Notes: a model not told the origin generated them from the letters alone. Counted from the whole stretch's first letter, positions 26,218 through 38,293 are shown. The stretch: DNA of 63,149 nucleotides, filler included, from Rhabdomonas costata (GCA_019059605.1; 44 parts of 44 records of this genome joined end to end with filler, not necessarily neighbours in it); one strand, 5' to 3'. A program made the numbers and translations.

Positions 26218-26967
26218 CATTTTCATGAACTGCGCCATGTGGTCCAGCTCAGCACGAATGTTAGTGTTCAAGAGCGTGGTGTAGCCCTCACGGCCGCCCC
26301 ACAGCACGTAGTTCTGCCCACCCAGCTCGTGAGTCACCTGAGCAAGAGTTGGAAGTACCATCTTTCTTGTGGATTTTGAGGTTTCTTGAAATTTGCCACT
26401 GCTGCTACTACTACTACTACTACTTTACTTTGGTTGGTGCCCGCCCACCTGTAATGTGGGAAAGTCCTGGCCACTTTCAACGCTTGAAGCCAGAGGTAGA
26501 GTGCCAACCAGAAATTTTCAAAAAAAACTCGCACGACAGTGCCGATTTCTCGTTGGCTTAAAAGGGGACTTGGGTTAAATATTGCGACCAAAAGCTATTT
26601 TGGAGCAGGTGTAACTCGAGGAATGAGGAAGGAGAATTTCCCAGGTTCCAGGGTTTTCCATTTTGGAAATTCACCTCGTTTCTATGCTGAATTGGACGAG
26701 TTCAGCGGAGCTTTGAACGCATACCTCCAGAGCCTTCTTCACTTGCGCAGCTGCGTACGCGAAGACGTGAGGGTCTGGATTCGTCGATGCTCCGTTCATG
26801 TACCGCTCGTTGCTGAAGAGGTTGGCGGTGCCCCACAGGAGCTTTTTACCCGTGCGCTTCATCTGCACCTTGACTTCTGCAACAACCTCGTCGAGGTTTT
26901 TGTGGAACTCCTCCAGCGTAGCTCCCTCCGGGGCGATGTCAGTGTCATGGAAGGTGAAGAAATCAAC
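26218..26967 (-). CDS. xylA: Class II xylose isomerase, partial, exons 26967-26725 and 26337-26218
   Basis: [15 protein letters not shown]...[41 protein letters not shown] joined to [40 protein letters not shown]; FHDxD, LWGTANLF and WGGREGY signatures; 387-nt phase-0 GT-AG intron. Confidence 0.96.
26405..26423. repeat. (CTA)n microsatellite in the xylose isomerase intron
   Basis: About six CTA units. Confidence 0.85.
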
Positions 26968-27468
26968 CTGTAGAATGGACAGAGGGGGAGGGGGCAGAGG
27001 GAAGATGCTCTTCTCTCCCGATCCCTTTCAGCCACCTGCGCTTTTGTCGAGTTGGGCTGAAAAAGAAATACCTAACCAGATAAATTCAACGAGATATCTT
27101 TGTTTCTTGTGAGTCCGCTATTCGCGAGCGGAATTAGAGACCGCCTTGGCGGATTCCCGCCTTTTCCATTTCCGGTGGCATTGACCAAGCTCGCAGTGAT
27201 TAAGGGCCGGGGGTGCGACGACCNNNNNNNNNNNNNNNNNNNNNNNNNNNNNNNNNNNNNNNNNNNNTTAATTAATTAANNNNNNNNNNNNNNNNNNNNN
27301 NNNNNNNNNNNNNNNNNNNNNNNTGATTGTGTTTCCTGCTGAGGATTTTCTCGAGAAACGACCCTTAGCCCTTGCTTGCGAAGGACCTTTTTCAAGGCCA
27401 CGACCCGAAAGGTTCTGTTGTCAGCTCGAATCAACTCGCTTACTCACAAAATCGCTCATAATGCGCAG

Positions 27469-28658
27469 GGTCTGGCCTCCTTCTCTGTGCTTCTGCTGGT
27501 GCTGTTCTGTGGGTTCCTGATCCCCAAGTCCAAGATCCGGCCGTGGTTCATCTGGATTTACTGGATCAACCCCATCTCCTACGGCTTCCAGGCCTTGTCC
27601 CTGAACGAGTTCAAGAGCTCGGCCTTCTCGTCGCCCATGTCCTCGACCAACCTGGAGACCCACGGAGACTCCTACCTTACGGTGTCGTGGCCTTGGGGCC
27701 GCTCATGCTTTTTCTGTGCCATTGTATTCGTTCCCCTAAAATGACGCACTTGTGGCACGTATTCCGCTTCCCCCTGCACTGTATTCTATTCCGACATGTT
27801 CCCACGGTGTTTTTGTCTTTCCCCTTCTGAGCATCAACAATGGCTAATTGATATGTATTTATTGGGGATGCCGTTGCATTGTGTAACGTGTAATTTTGGC
27901 GCTGAGGACTTCGAGCAGTGGCAGCAGTAATATTTCCCTTTTGAATTTGCGAGTGTGATACGACCACACGGCAGGCCCCTCAAACCACCTTCCCGTTCCT
28001 TAGCTGCCCCCTCCGGCCGCTGGCCTTGCCTGCCAAACCTGCAGCTCTGTCTGCCTTCATCCAACCCCTTTCTCCGAAACAAGGAATTTCAAGGCTGCTG
28101 TGGTAGTGTAGAGGCTCTCGACTTAGTCCTGCCCACGGCAGGTTGATTTATGATTTAAGCTCGGTAGCAGCGAAAAAAGCAATATTCTTTCACAACAAAA
28201 AACCGCAAGTGGCCACTATGGTTACAAGGAGAGAGACATATGAAGAGGACGTGTGAATGGGGAGGTTAGACAGGGAAAGGAGAAGGAAAGAACCAGAACA
28301 GGAGGGGAATACGAGAGCAGAGAGAGGGAGAAAGTATGGGGGAAAAAATCGGAGGGAGGATAAAACAGGAAAGAGAGAAGAGGAAGAGGGATCGACGGCT
28401 ACAACGAAGAAAAAGTAAGGACAAATATTGGAAAGGTCGTTCCCTCAAACTGCTGTTCTCTTGTCCAGGCCAACGGCTTCAGCACGGAAGTGTACTGGAT
28501 GTGGATTGGCCTGGGCTTTGTCGCGGGCTTCTTCTTTCTGATGCTCTCGCTGATCTACTGTGCGTTGAAGTTCCTGCGATGGCCCGAGCACTTTGCCCCG
28601 GAGGCCGGGACCACCGCCCCAACCCCACCCGCAGCTTGCCCAGAGAGCAAGGCCCTCG
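27469..28658 (+). CDS. ABCG/PDR-family ABC transporter, transmembrane domain, partial, exons 27469-27681 and 28469-28658
   Basis: LFCGFLIPKSKIRPWFIWIYWINPISYGFQALSLNEF is a typical ABCG TMD motif, continuing to YWMWIGLGFVAGFFFL; phase-0 GT-AG intron. Confidence 0.92.
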
Positions 28659-30732
28659 NNNNNNNNNNNNNNNNNNNNNNNNNNNNNNNNNNNNNNNNNN
28701 NNTTAATTAATTAANNNNNNNNNNNNNNNNNNNNNNNNNNNNNNNNNNNNNNNNNNNNTGTTGTTGGGTGACGTGTTTGGAGTTGGGTGGGAGTGTCTGG
28801 AGTCCTGGTGTTGGGTGCTGGTGGTGAGGATGGTGGTTGGGGGTTGGGTTCTGGGGTGAGGGTGAGGGTAGGGTGATTCTGGGGTTGGGTTGGTGTTGGT
28901 GGTCTTGTGTGTCGGTCTCTGCTCCGTTTTGGGTTTCTGCCTCTGTTTGGATTTCTCGCTTCAGTTTTTGCATTCGGTTTCGGGTTCATCGGAGGTCCTC
29001 GGGATCTCCCAGGTAAGTGTCGGACGCAATACGGCACCACTATAAGCTGAAGGCTGCTACTTAAGGGTCTGCGGATCCAGGACAAGGTCGGTAGTGGTAG
29101 AAAGGACTGAACTCAATTGTGCGCGACTGCACGAAGACGCCTAGCACAGCACTGGCCCCAGTACCATGCGTGACTGTTCCACATGCCACGTTGAGGTGAC
29201 CGCGCTGATGGGTAAGGTGGTTATGAGTGATGCTGGTAATACCTGTATGTAACCTCTGAGTGGCACAGCGCTTTTCCGTGGTGTATCGGTTCAGATTATC
29301 GGAAAAAGCACGACGTAGTGTGTTGTTGAGAACAAATTCGGTGCAGCGCGCTTCTGGTCGGAAAAACGTGGTGGGGATTTATGTGCTTTGCAAAAATACG
29401 ATCTTCACCTGTTGGTACCTTGTTGGGCAATCGACCGTGAGGTTATCAGAAGCTTTTCCGAAATGCTTTCTGGACCCGCCCTGTTTTCCTGCAAGAAAGG
29501 AGAAACAAAACAAGTGAAGTATTTGTGGAAGCGTTAAATTGCCTTACTTGCCTTATTTGTCTCGTTCTTTCGCAGCAAATCTCCGACATCGTGGGTGCGT
29601 GCGCGAAGCTGAAGCGGTTGTGGGCTCAAGCAATGCGATGTCTGCCGAGGCGGCCGGTGGCGCAGCCTGGCACAGAGGTTGTCCCGCGTGTGGGCTATGT
29701 GACTGCAAACGGGCAGTGTGACAATCGCATTGATGATGGTAAACTGTGAACGCGTTTTTGAAATCAAAAATTCATGGTTTGGTAAAGTTATTTTCCGAGC
29801 ACAGGGGTACAGGGGTACAGAAGCAAATTGTGACAGCACCCACCAATTATTGTTATTTTGGGGGTTAGGTTTGCTGTGCCATTGCCCGGTAGATAACGGT
29901 TTTTCAAGTTTACAAAGCTTCAATTGTTGAGGGTTTGACGCCCGCGCCAATGATGCAAATGCAGCGTCCTTCGCCTGTTCTCACTTGCAGGCCGTGGCCT
30001 GGCGCACACATCAAAATCCATTGGCAGAGGGTACACTGTTAGATTCCGAAACCCCAGTGCATTGCAGTGAGGAATAGCCTTCGCATCCCCCAAAANNNNN
30101 NNNNNNNNNNNNNNNNNNNNNNNNNNNNNNNNNNNNNNNTTAATTAATTAANNNNNNNNNNNNNNNNNNNNNNNNNNNNNNNNNNNNNNNNNNNNTTTGT
30201 GGTTTCTGACCTGACCTGCGTTAGTTGGTAAGGTCGAGAACCCCGCTGCATGGGGCAAGAAGCGGCAGCTGAAAAGGAAGGTGGCGAAATTGCAGGAAGC
30301 TCTGGCTCCAAGCGTAGTGTTTCGGGACAGCATCAGCTCAGCCCTCAGGATTCACGCCAACGATTCCCGTTGTCTGTTAAGCGACTGCGGGCAGTGCCCA
30401 CTGCAGGGCGTTCCCTCTTTGCGTGGACAGCCTGTGTAACTTTTGTACCGTACCATATGGTACTGGGACTCTGCCATCAGGGATTGTGTGGCGCTGGGGC
30501 ATACCACGATTGATATGCGCCTGGGGTGCGCGGAACTCGAACAGATCGTCTGTGCAGTGTCGGGGTTGTGGCCACTTAGCATATGCAGTGCTTTGCTGTT
30601 TCCCGTTCAGCAATTTTATTTTTGCATTAGAAACTACGGTCAGCGTCGTGCAACCGCTTGGATTTTTTTCTCCTGTTTATTGTTCGTCCAAATAAGAGTG
30701 TCTTGGAGATGTCGGTGTCCGTGTTGGGGCAG

Positions 30733-31533
30733 GCTTTTGCTATTGGTGGGTACAATCCTACCTCGTACTACAGCGATGTTTACGTGACCACATCGGCGAA
30801 GGGCGACAGCTGGACCCTTCAGACGTCGGGCTGGTTCCTTGCACGAGCCTTCGTAGGGGTGATGGCCTTCGGGACCAACATTTGGGTGGTCGGTGGAGCC
30901 ACCCCTACCACCGTCATGAACGATGCCTGGTTCAGCAGTGACGGCACGACATGGTACCAGGGAATGAACCCCACCTTTGGAGCCCGGGCGGGGTTTGGGT
31001 TTACCGTGCTCAACAATCTGATGTGGGTCGTTGCAGGCTACGACGCGAACGGGCACCTGTATAACGATGTATGTACGAGGAATGCCGGGTGGAGGGTCAA
31101 GGGACCGACTTGGGTTTTCTTATCCTTGACTGAAATTCATGCCGGAAACTCCGCGGTAGTACAGCGCAAGGGACAGCGCAGTACACGGGTATGCCGCGTT
31201 TACCACCGGCATTCCACGGTGAACTGGAACGGTCATTAGGCTAAGCTCATACGTAGTTTTGTCTTCGAGTGAGACGAAAGAGCAACCGCCATAAGAGAAA
31301 GAATGATGTAATGCGAATGAAAGAAGACCCCTGGGTTTGTTTTCCTCTTTCTAATGGCTCGGTGGTTTTTCTTTTTTATTTTGGATTTGTTTTGACTTTG
31401 TTTTCTGGCCCTTTTGTGGCTTTCTTTGTGTATTCCCTTATTCGCTGCGTATTTTGCTGCTCTTGCAACCCCTTCTTCTCAGGTTTGGAGCACCTCTAAT
31501 GTGCAGAGCTGGACCCAGGCTGCCCCAACGAAC
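30733..31533 (+). CDS. Kelch-like beta-propeller repeat protein, partial, exons 30733-31068 and 31483-31533
   Basis: Three repeats of about 47 aa: IGG...YSDVYVT...W, VVGG...NDAWFSSDGTTW, VVAG...ND/VWSTSNVQSW; intron GAT|GTATGT...TCAG|GTT. Confidence 0.85.
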
Positions 31534-32501
31534 NNNNNNNNNNNNNNNNNNNNNNNNNNNNNNNNNNNNNNNNNNNNTTAATTAATTAANNNNNNNNNNN
31601 NNNNNNNNNNNNNNNNNNNNNNNNNNNNNNNNNGGGGTGGTTGGGTGTGTGGGGAACTGGTACCCGTTGCAATCGTAGGAATTTAGAAACCCCCATCCCC
31701 ACCTCCCAACGGCAACGGTGGTGGTAAACAATGATAGATTCACCGTAACGGATGCAGAAAGATAAACAAAATATGCAGCCATGAGCCACGCAACATGGAG
31801 ATACCCAGGAAAATCCTACAAATGGATCTTCGAGAGCAAGTGTACATAAGGCATACACACTAGCAGCGCTGTGAGGTGGGGAAAGAAGTGGGTGAAGGAG
31901 ATAGCCCAAAAGTGATGTGTACGAGTGAGTGTGGGCGGGAGAGCATGTGAGCATGCAGGAGTATTGCATTCCTTTTGAGAAGACCCTTTGGACTGCACCG
32001 CGGTGGCGGGAAGTCGTGCAGCTTTATGCGCCCGGGGGCCTGCAAAGCGTATGCAATGGAGGCATTGACCAACGCAGAGCCCCAAAGAATACCAATACAT
32101 ATGATATATGACCTTCTTCCGCGCCCCACCGAAGATGCCCGCAACAATACACTGACATCCCTGCTGCACTTATGGACCCCCCAAAGACAGCAGACCGACA
32201 AAAGAAACTTAAAACGCAGGCGGTATTCCAGCCGCCCTCCAGTATCGCAACCATCATAAAGTCCCTGCAGTGAAGGTTTTGCAAAACCGATGGGTGCCAT
32301 CCATCATACGAGTTCAGTTGACATGTACCTCTCCATAAGTATTCGTCAACTTTGGGATTCAAATAGGACATGTTCGTTGAGGAACGGGGAATGGGGTTAC
32401 CTAGGAGACTGAAAACCACAGCGGAGGAAGGGTTATCGCGAAACCCACCCTCAGGCTGGGAAGGACACATGAAACGAAAAATTGCATTGGCAAGCGTATA
32501 C

Positions 32502-32634
32502 CCAGAAAAGCCTCTTGGACCTGAACGCCAAAGCTGACCTCGATCGAGTCCAGCAGGTGGTTTTCTCTGACGTTCTGTTCCTGCGGGCTGTCAACGAGGA
32601 AGCAGTACACGGAGCTGCAGAACGAGTGCCTTAC
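32502..32634 (-). CDS. Candidate exon, hypothetical protein
   Basis: TAG| VRHSFCSSVYCFLVDSPQEQNVRENHLLDSIEVSFGVQVQEAFL |GTATAC; coding-like codon use, no family. Confidence 0.35.
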
Positions 32635-34144
32635 CTACGGAACCACACACAAACACGAGCGTATTCTGCCCCAAGGTCAGCATCAACGTCCATTCAGTGG
32701 AGGTTGGATACAGAGCTTCCCACCACCAAAAACAAAGTGACGTAATCTTGCTAAAAAAAAAAAGCGCGTTGGGGGTCCGTCCCTCGTATGGTGATTTCCG
32801 ATTACAGTGCGATCTTGTCCCAACCTAGTTTTCCCTACACGTTAGACGCAACATTAGATCCGCAAACACTTGGTTCACCTTTGGTTGACTGCGACGGAAA
32901 AAGGCGCACGGCACAACATACAGAAACCCTATGAGGGTTATTGAACCAGTAACAGAAAGTCACACAACAANNNNNNNNNNNNNNNNNNNNNNNNNNNNNN
33001 NNNNNNNNNNNNNNTTAATTAATTAANNNNNNNNNNNNNNNNNNNNNNNNNNNNNNNNNNNNNNNNNNNNGTTTGTGGTGTGAAATCCTTTGGCTTGTAC
33101 TAAGCTTGCTCCACCGCGCCCCGGAAGTAACGTACTTCGCTGCTCCCCTCATCCGGCCTTTACCAGGATCGTTGTGGTGGAAATTCATTTCAAAAATGAA
33201 TTCAAAAGTGAATCAATGTGTCAATTCAATCCTGTATTAGCATCCGCAACATTTTAGCTCCTTCAGCCAGTTTAGAAGATCCAGGCTGAGTTGAAATGTG
33301 CGTGCACGCACAACCGCTCAAGGTATCCGCGGGCCTTGGGGTAATCCCGGAGTTCCAGGAAGAGATCCCCCAGGGAGCGCAGAGGCAGGGCCTGCAGATG
33401 AGCTGTCGATTTGCTCTGTGCAAAACAAACACATCAGACTGGTGTCTGGGGTATCTGGGGTATCGTATCCTAGCCGCTCATGGTCCATGGTCTCGAGTAC
33501 CTCGAACCCAATCGCTAAATGCTACCCCTACCTGCTGTGGAAGAGGCAAGGAGAGGAATGCACAGGATGGGTGAAGATGCGTGCCGGTAGATGCTGCTCG
33601 CCTGCAATCGAAAAGAAAGAGTAATGCCCAATACACAGTAGAGGCTTGGCATTTTTACCGCTAGCAGTCCAGCGGTCTGTCTTTCTCACAGGTTCTGCAT
33701 GTTTACCACCCATCACCTTGGGCTGGTATTTTAGCCTTATAGCACTGTCTCTACATGTTGCTCATACCATCTCTCACTGTGGGCCCCTCCAGACGCATCG
33801 AAACATCCCAGCCATCTACTCTACGCATTGGCTTCGCACTTGGCATCAGGACACTCGATAAACACACCATGCGTTGGAGGCCCTGTACTCTGAGCCCTAC
33901 GTTGAGGGTCTGTGCATCTGGAGGCGTGGAATTTTCGCATGTCGCTTTGCTCTGTGCGTGTCTGGGATGTGGCGAAGAAGGCACAGATTCGAGGCGAGCA
34001 TGCATGTGCGGTGAGTTTGAGATGTCATGTGATGACCAGACTGTCTGACCCACCGTACAACAACCCGTGTCCCTACCCCCAACGCCCCGTACCCAGACCG
34101 CCTCGTGCGAAAAAGAAAGGAAAGGAAAAGGTCGACAAAAATAC

Positions 34145-34360
34145 CCTGCCGAAGATCTGGTTGGCGTGGGTAAAGCACACGATGGCCAGGCGGAAGTCCC
34201 GCAGCACGGTGCGGTATATGTTCCCCAGCTCGAACAGCCGCTCCGCCCCCTCGCAGGTGTCCGCGATTCCCGCGGTAAGCGCGGAGGCCGGCAGGCCTTG
34301 AGGGGGTGCCTCCCTGAGGTCCTCGAGCGACGAGGGCACGTTCTCCAGCACCTTCACACT
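34145..34360 (-). CDS. Exon with a TPR-like helix pair
   Basis: AERLFELGNIYRTVLRDFRLAIVCFTHANQI fits the TPR consensus (LGxxY...AxxxFxxA); bounded by CAG| and |GTATTT. Confidence 0.6.
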
Positions 34361-34662
34361 CTGAACCAGACCCCCATCACCACACGGACACACGAACCCA
34401 CCCAACACNNNNNNNNNNNNNNNNNNNNNNNNNNNNNNNNNNNNNNNNNNNNTTAATTAATTAANNNNNNNNNNNNNNNNNNNNNNNNNNNNNNNNNNNN
34501 NNNNNNNNTAACATAGGTGTCCTGCCTCCACCCGGCATTTTTATTTTAAGGTTTTGGGTTTAAAGGGAGATCCGTCGTTGTAGTGTCTTGCAAGTGTACG
34601 GGTGATCTGCTGACCTATGGGTTTTCTGGGTCGTTTAAGCTGTGGTGCTGGCTTCTTTCCAG

Positions 34663-35672
34663 AAGACGTGAAGTACTTGCTGAGGCGCTCGGACGAGCTT
34701 GACCACGCCACGGTGCTGCTGAGGTGTGCTCCCTCCCTCCGACTCCCTCTCACATCCCTCATGCCTAATTTGTTCCCTGTAGTCTCCGTTGTTTTCTCTT
34801 GGTGCATCCCTAGCTCTGTCAACATTATCGTGGCTCCTCCTCTGTCCTCTCAGCGTCGCTCGTTCCCCTTCACCCACAAAAGCTTAAATTAGACGTGGGC
34901 GGTGGAAAAGGGAAGAGATCACGAAAGAAAAATGGAAAGCCGCTGGAAGCGGTCAACGCTGACAAAATCCAGTTTGTTTGAAGCACAACCACAACCCCTG
35001 AGGATTCGTTTTTTGGTATTCGACCAGGAGGACCTATATTTTAATTATGGCTCCGTTGCTATTCTGTTGCGAACACCATAAATTGTGTTTGACTATCACT
35101 GAATTGTTGGTTAAAAATTTTTCTGTTTCTTGTGTGGGTGTGAAAGGGATCGCCTCCTCCCCTCGTCGACCAAGCCCGAGCCCTCGCTGCTAGCGCGGCT
35201 GAAAGCTTGGCTCCTGCAGCGGAAGGCCGAAAGGTACCGCCGCGCACGTCTTGCCCCATCGCCGCGCAGCACGTCGCCCAATCGCTTGCGTCCCTCCACG
35301 GATCAGAACCGTCGCTGTCGTCCTCAGCTCTGTTGCTCATTATTCAGCACTTTGTTGTGCTGAAATAGAGGTGCATTGGAGATGCAGCGTGCTTTGTGCT
35401 GAAATAGAGGTGCATTGGGGATGCAGCGTGCTAAGTGGGGCACAGTACTGTAAGAGACACGCTCTTTTTGTTGCTTGCCTTGAAAACACCCGAGGCCGTT
35501 TTCGCGAAGTGAGCCCTCCTCGAACTCACTTGCACATCGAGACGCCGTCTTCCTTTGCGGAATCGTCTGCTTTCTCTGCTGCCAGGGAGCCCCATCTTGC
35601 CACGTTTGCGCCGTACGAGCCCTCGCTGTGGACGAGCATCAAGGAGTGGGTCGCGCACAGGAAGGCACAGAG
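34663..35672 (+). CDS. Hypothetical protein with two homologous 87-nt exons; exons 34663-34723, 35147-35233, 35586-35672
   Basis: All three are AG/GT-bounded and phase-compatible; peptides DRLLPSSTKPEPSLLARLKAWLLQRKAER and EPHLATFAPYEPSLWTSIKEWVAHRKAQR. Confidence 0.65.
35356..35432. repeat. 39-bp tandem duplication, intronic
   Basis: TGTGCTGAAATAGAGGTGCATTGG(A/G)GATGCAGCGTGCT occurs twice. Confidence 0.9.
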
Positions 35673-36890
35673 GTGTCTGCTCCCCTCTGCTCTCCCCACG
35701 AGCACAGGGACAAATACCCTCCTTCCCGAGGTCGTCAAAGCGGCATTGAGCCATAAGCGCAACCGTCGGGGGTGGCGGGATTCTGCCACTGCTTCAGTCT
35801 TCCCAAGAACAAATGGGTCGCTAGGAGCACAACCGAAAACACACANNNNNNNNNNNNNNNNNNNNNNNNNNNNNNNNNNNNNNNNNNNNTTAATTAATTA
35901 ANNNNNNNNNNNNNNNNNNNNNNNNNNNNNNNNNNNNNNNNNNNNTTTTGTTGTGAAACTTTGGATGGCTGCTGGGAAGGGTCCAGCACGGGGCATTCTT
36001 CAGTCGCTCCTTTCCACGGTTCATGGCAATGCTCTGCTTTCGGTCTCTTTTGCCTCTGAAACACCATACCCCTCGTTCGTGTTGTTTGTCCTCACCTACT
36101 AGAGGAACCGGCACTCGGGCTACTGCACCCCCAGACCTCAGACCACCTCCTGGAAAGGCGCCCTGTCTCCTCTGAAGAAAAGGCCGAGAAAACTGGACAA
36201 CTACTCACAAAAGGCTGGCGTTTGTCATTCTCCGTCAGCATGTTCCCACATGGCCTGGCAGTACTCATAGCGGAGAAAAACAAGTCCCATCAAGGTACTA
36301 CAAGCTACTGCTCGGTGTTTCTATTAGCGAAAGAGATGGGGCGGGCTTCGGACTCGCAGCGAGCCACTTGCACAGCAAGCGCCTGTCTGGCTAGGAGCGT
36401 TAGAGAGCCGAGGAGGTTCCCAACCATTCGACTCAACCGCAGCAAGGTCCCAAACAAACTTGAAAAACTTGAAGATAATGCGCGAGCGTCATTCGGTGTG
36501 CGTGGGCAAAGTGAAGAGGACCCAAACAAAGGAAGAATCGTGTTTGGAACCTGCAGGGGGCTCCGTCCCAGCCGGGCGGGGTGGTTGGGGTTCAGAGGAC
36601 GTTCCAGGTCAGACTTCAGCAGCTCTCCTTCGGGAAAAAGCCGAGAGAAAGGCTTTGCGGGGGTACGGCGGGGCGGATTTCCATTCGGGGAAAAAAGGTA
36701 GGGGCAATCGTGGTTTGCTGTGGTTGTTATAAAAACACTGACGTTGACCGTTCATAATTTGAGGGAATTGAACCAGCACAGGCGCAGCCATGTGAGTGTG
36801 TGGAGGAGCTTCCAACAGCCCGAGCCCTCGTGTATGCCAGTACCCGGGAAAAACGGGGAATTTTTGCAATGGAGAGAATGAGTCACACAC

Positions 36891-37050
36891 CCTTCCGGGC
36901 GATGTCATAGAGGTTGAAGCAGAGGCGGAAGGTGGCCTCCTGGGCCGCCCCGTTGGTCAGCCGGAATAGCTCCGTGATGAACTTGCGGTACTGGATCGTG
37001 ACCTCCGTGCGGTGGGGCTCCAGCGCCGCAAAAACCTTCTCCACCAAACC
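36891..37050 (-). CDS. EF-hand protein of calcineurin-B/NCS-like type, internal exon (absent from the ORF track in this frame)
   Basis: GLVEKVFAALEPHRTEVTIQYRKFITELFRLTNGAAQEATFRLCFNLYDIARKG matches the EF2-EF3 layout (FxLYDxxxxG); bounded by GTAG| and |GTGTGT. The loops look degenerate. Confidence 0.7.
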
Positions 37051-37667
37051 CTACCCGCACCACAAAAAAACAATCACATCTACACCTGCACTTCGAAGCG
37101 GAATACCAAATACATTTATCCCACTGCATGGAACACTTCAATTGACCTCGAGCTCACAACAACATCACCCTCCAAAACCAACTGCAAGTCACCCAACAAA
37201 ACTGCACCAATCCAACCGACACACAACGAAAGCCTCGAAACTTGCGGTGACCTCGAAACCCCAGCAGAGCTTCCAATAGGTTCNNNNNNNNNNNNNNNNN
37301 NNNNNNNNNNNNNNNNNNNNNNNNNNNTTAATTAATTAANNNNNNNNNNNNNNNNNNNNNNNNNNNNNNNNNNNNNNNNNNNNGGGTTTGGGTATAGATG
37401 TGCGGCAGACCGGTGCATCTCTTTAGACAGCACTACAGTAGCCACCTCTGTCATCGAAGGTGACTGAGCAAGCCTCTGCTACCGAAGCTGTTAAGTATGC
37501 AGTGATGGGACAGCAGAGCTGTTGCCCAGTACGGATGCGGCGTCTCTTGAAGGGTCCCTTGTTTCTCAGCTTCTTGGTTCGCAGTTGGGTGTGTTGTTTC
37601 CAAGTGTCTGTGACCTGTCTGGGGCTGCCCGTGGCCCAAAGAAGTTCCAAAGAAGCCTTCGAAAAAG

Positions 37668-37849
37668 ATGGCCTCCTCCGGGGAGGCAAAGAAGAACATC
37701 ATCCCCACGTCCTTCTCGCGTGACTTGAGGGCCTGTGTGCACTGCCGGCTAGTGAAGACCCTGGCACAGTTCCAGGCCGATGGCTGCGAGAACTGCCCCC
37801 ACCTCCACACAGACAGGGTCGAGGAGTGGTCCACCCTCAACTTCGAGGG
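37668..37849 (+). CDS. SPT4: Transcription elongation factor SPT4, first coding exon
   Basis: MASSGEAKKNIIPTSFSRDLRACVHCRLVKTLAQFQADGCENCPHL...WSTLNFEG: LRACxxCxLVK and DGCENC zinc motif; donor GG|GTTCGT. Confidence 0.95.
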
Positions 37850-37856
37850 GTTCGTT

Positions 37857-37880
37857 TGTGTGTGTGTGTGTGTGTGTGTG
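37857..37880. repeat. (TG)12 microsatellite at the start of the SPT4 intron
   Basis: Directly visible. Confidence 0.95.
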
Positions 37881-38132
37881 CGGAGGCGCTGTCGATTTGT
37901 GCGAAGATGCGCTCAAAGAGAACCAACTTTGGAGGCGGCGGAGCGGTGGAAAGGACATCAAAATTTGGATGAGATTATGGATGAGAGCCGATTCTTGATC
38001 TGAGGAGCGGGTAAAAGGCAAGCAGCTGTTATGAACTGAAGCACCACCAACAGCTAACCACAGGGAGGCTCTTTGTCCTTGCTTTTCATCAGATTCAAGG
38101 CAGTTTATCGTCGGAAAATGACATTCGTCGGC

Positions 38133-38293
38133 GGGGGGGGGGGGGCAAAACCCCGGACGTCCCCGTATGCGTCTCGCCTTTTTGCGCAAATCGCCACCTA
38201 ACCCCCTGCAAGGCCAAGTAACCTCATTTGGGGACGCACGCATCGGTACCCAACCCACTGCGAAATTTCCCGATAAAACTTTGCCCCCCCCCC
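38133..38293. mobile_element. MITE-like element in the SPT4 intron
   Basis: G13CAAA ... TTTGC10 inverted ends about 160 bp apart, with an internal CCTAACCCC as in the 1874-2083 element. Confidence 0.35.

Noticed and set aside
26539..26973. 144-aa plus-strand ORF
   Set aside because: Antisense shadow of the xylose isomerase exon.
25886..31533. Apparent cluster of xylose isomerase, ABC transporter and propeller protein
   Set aside because: They lie on separate contigs that are adjacent only because of length sorting.
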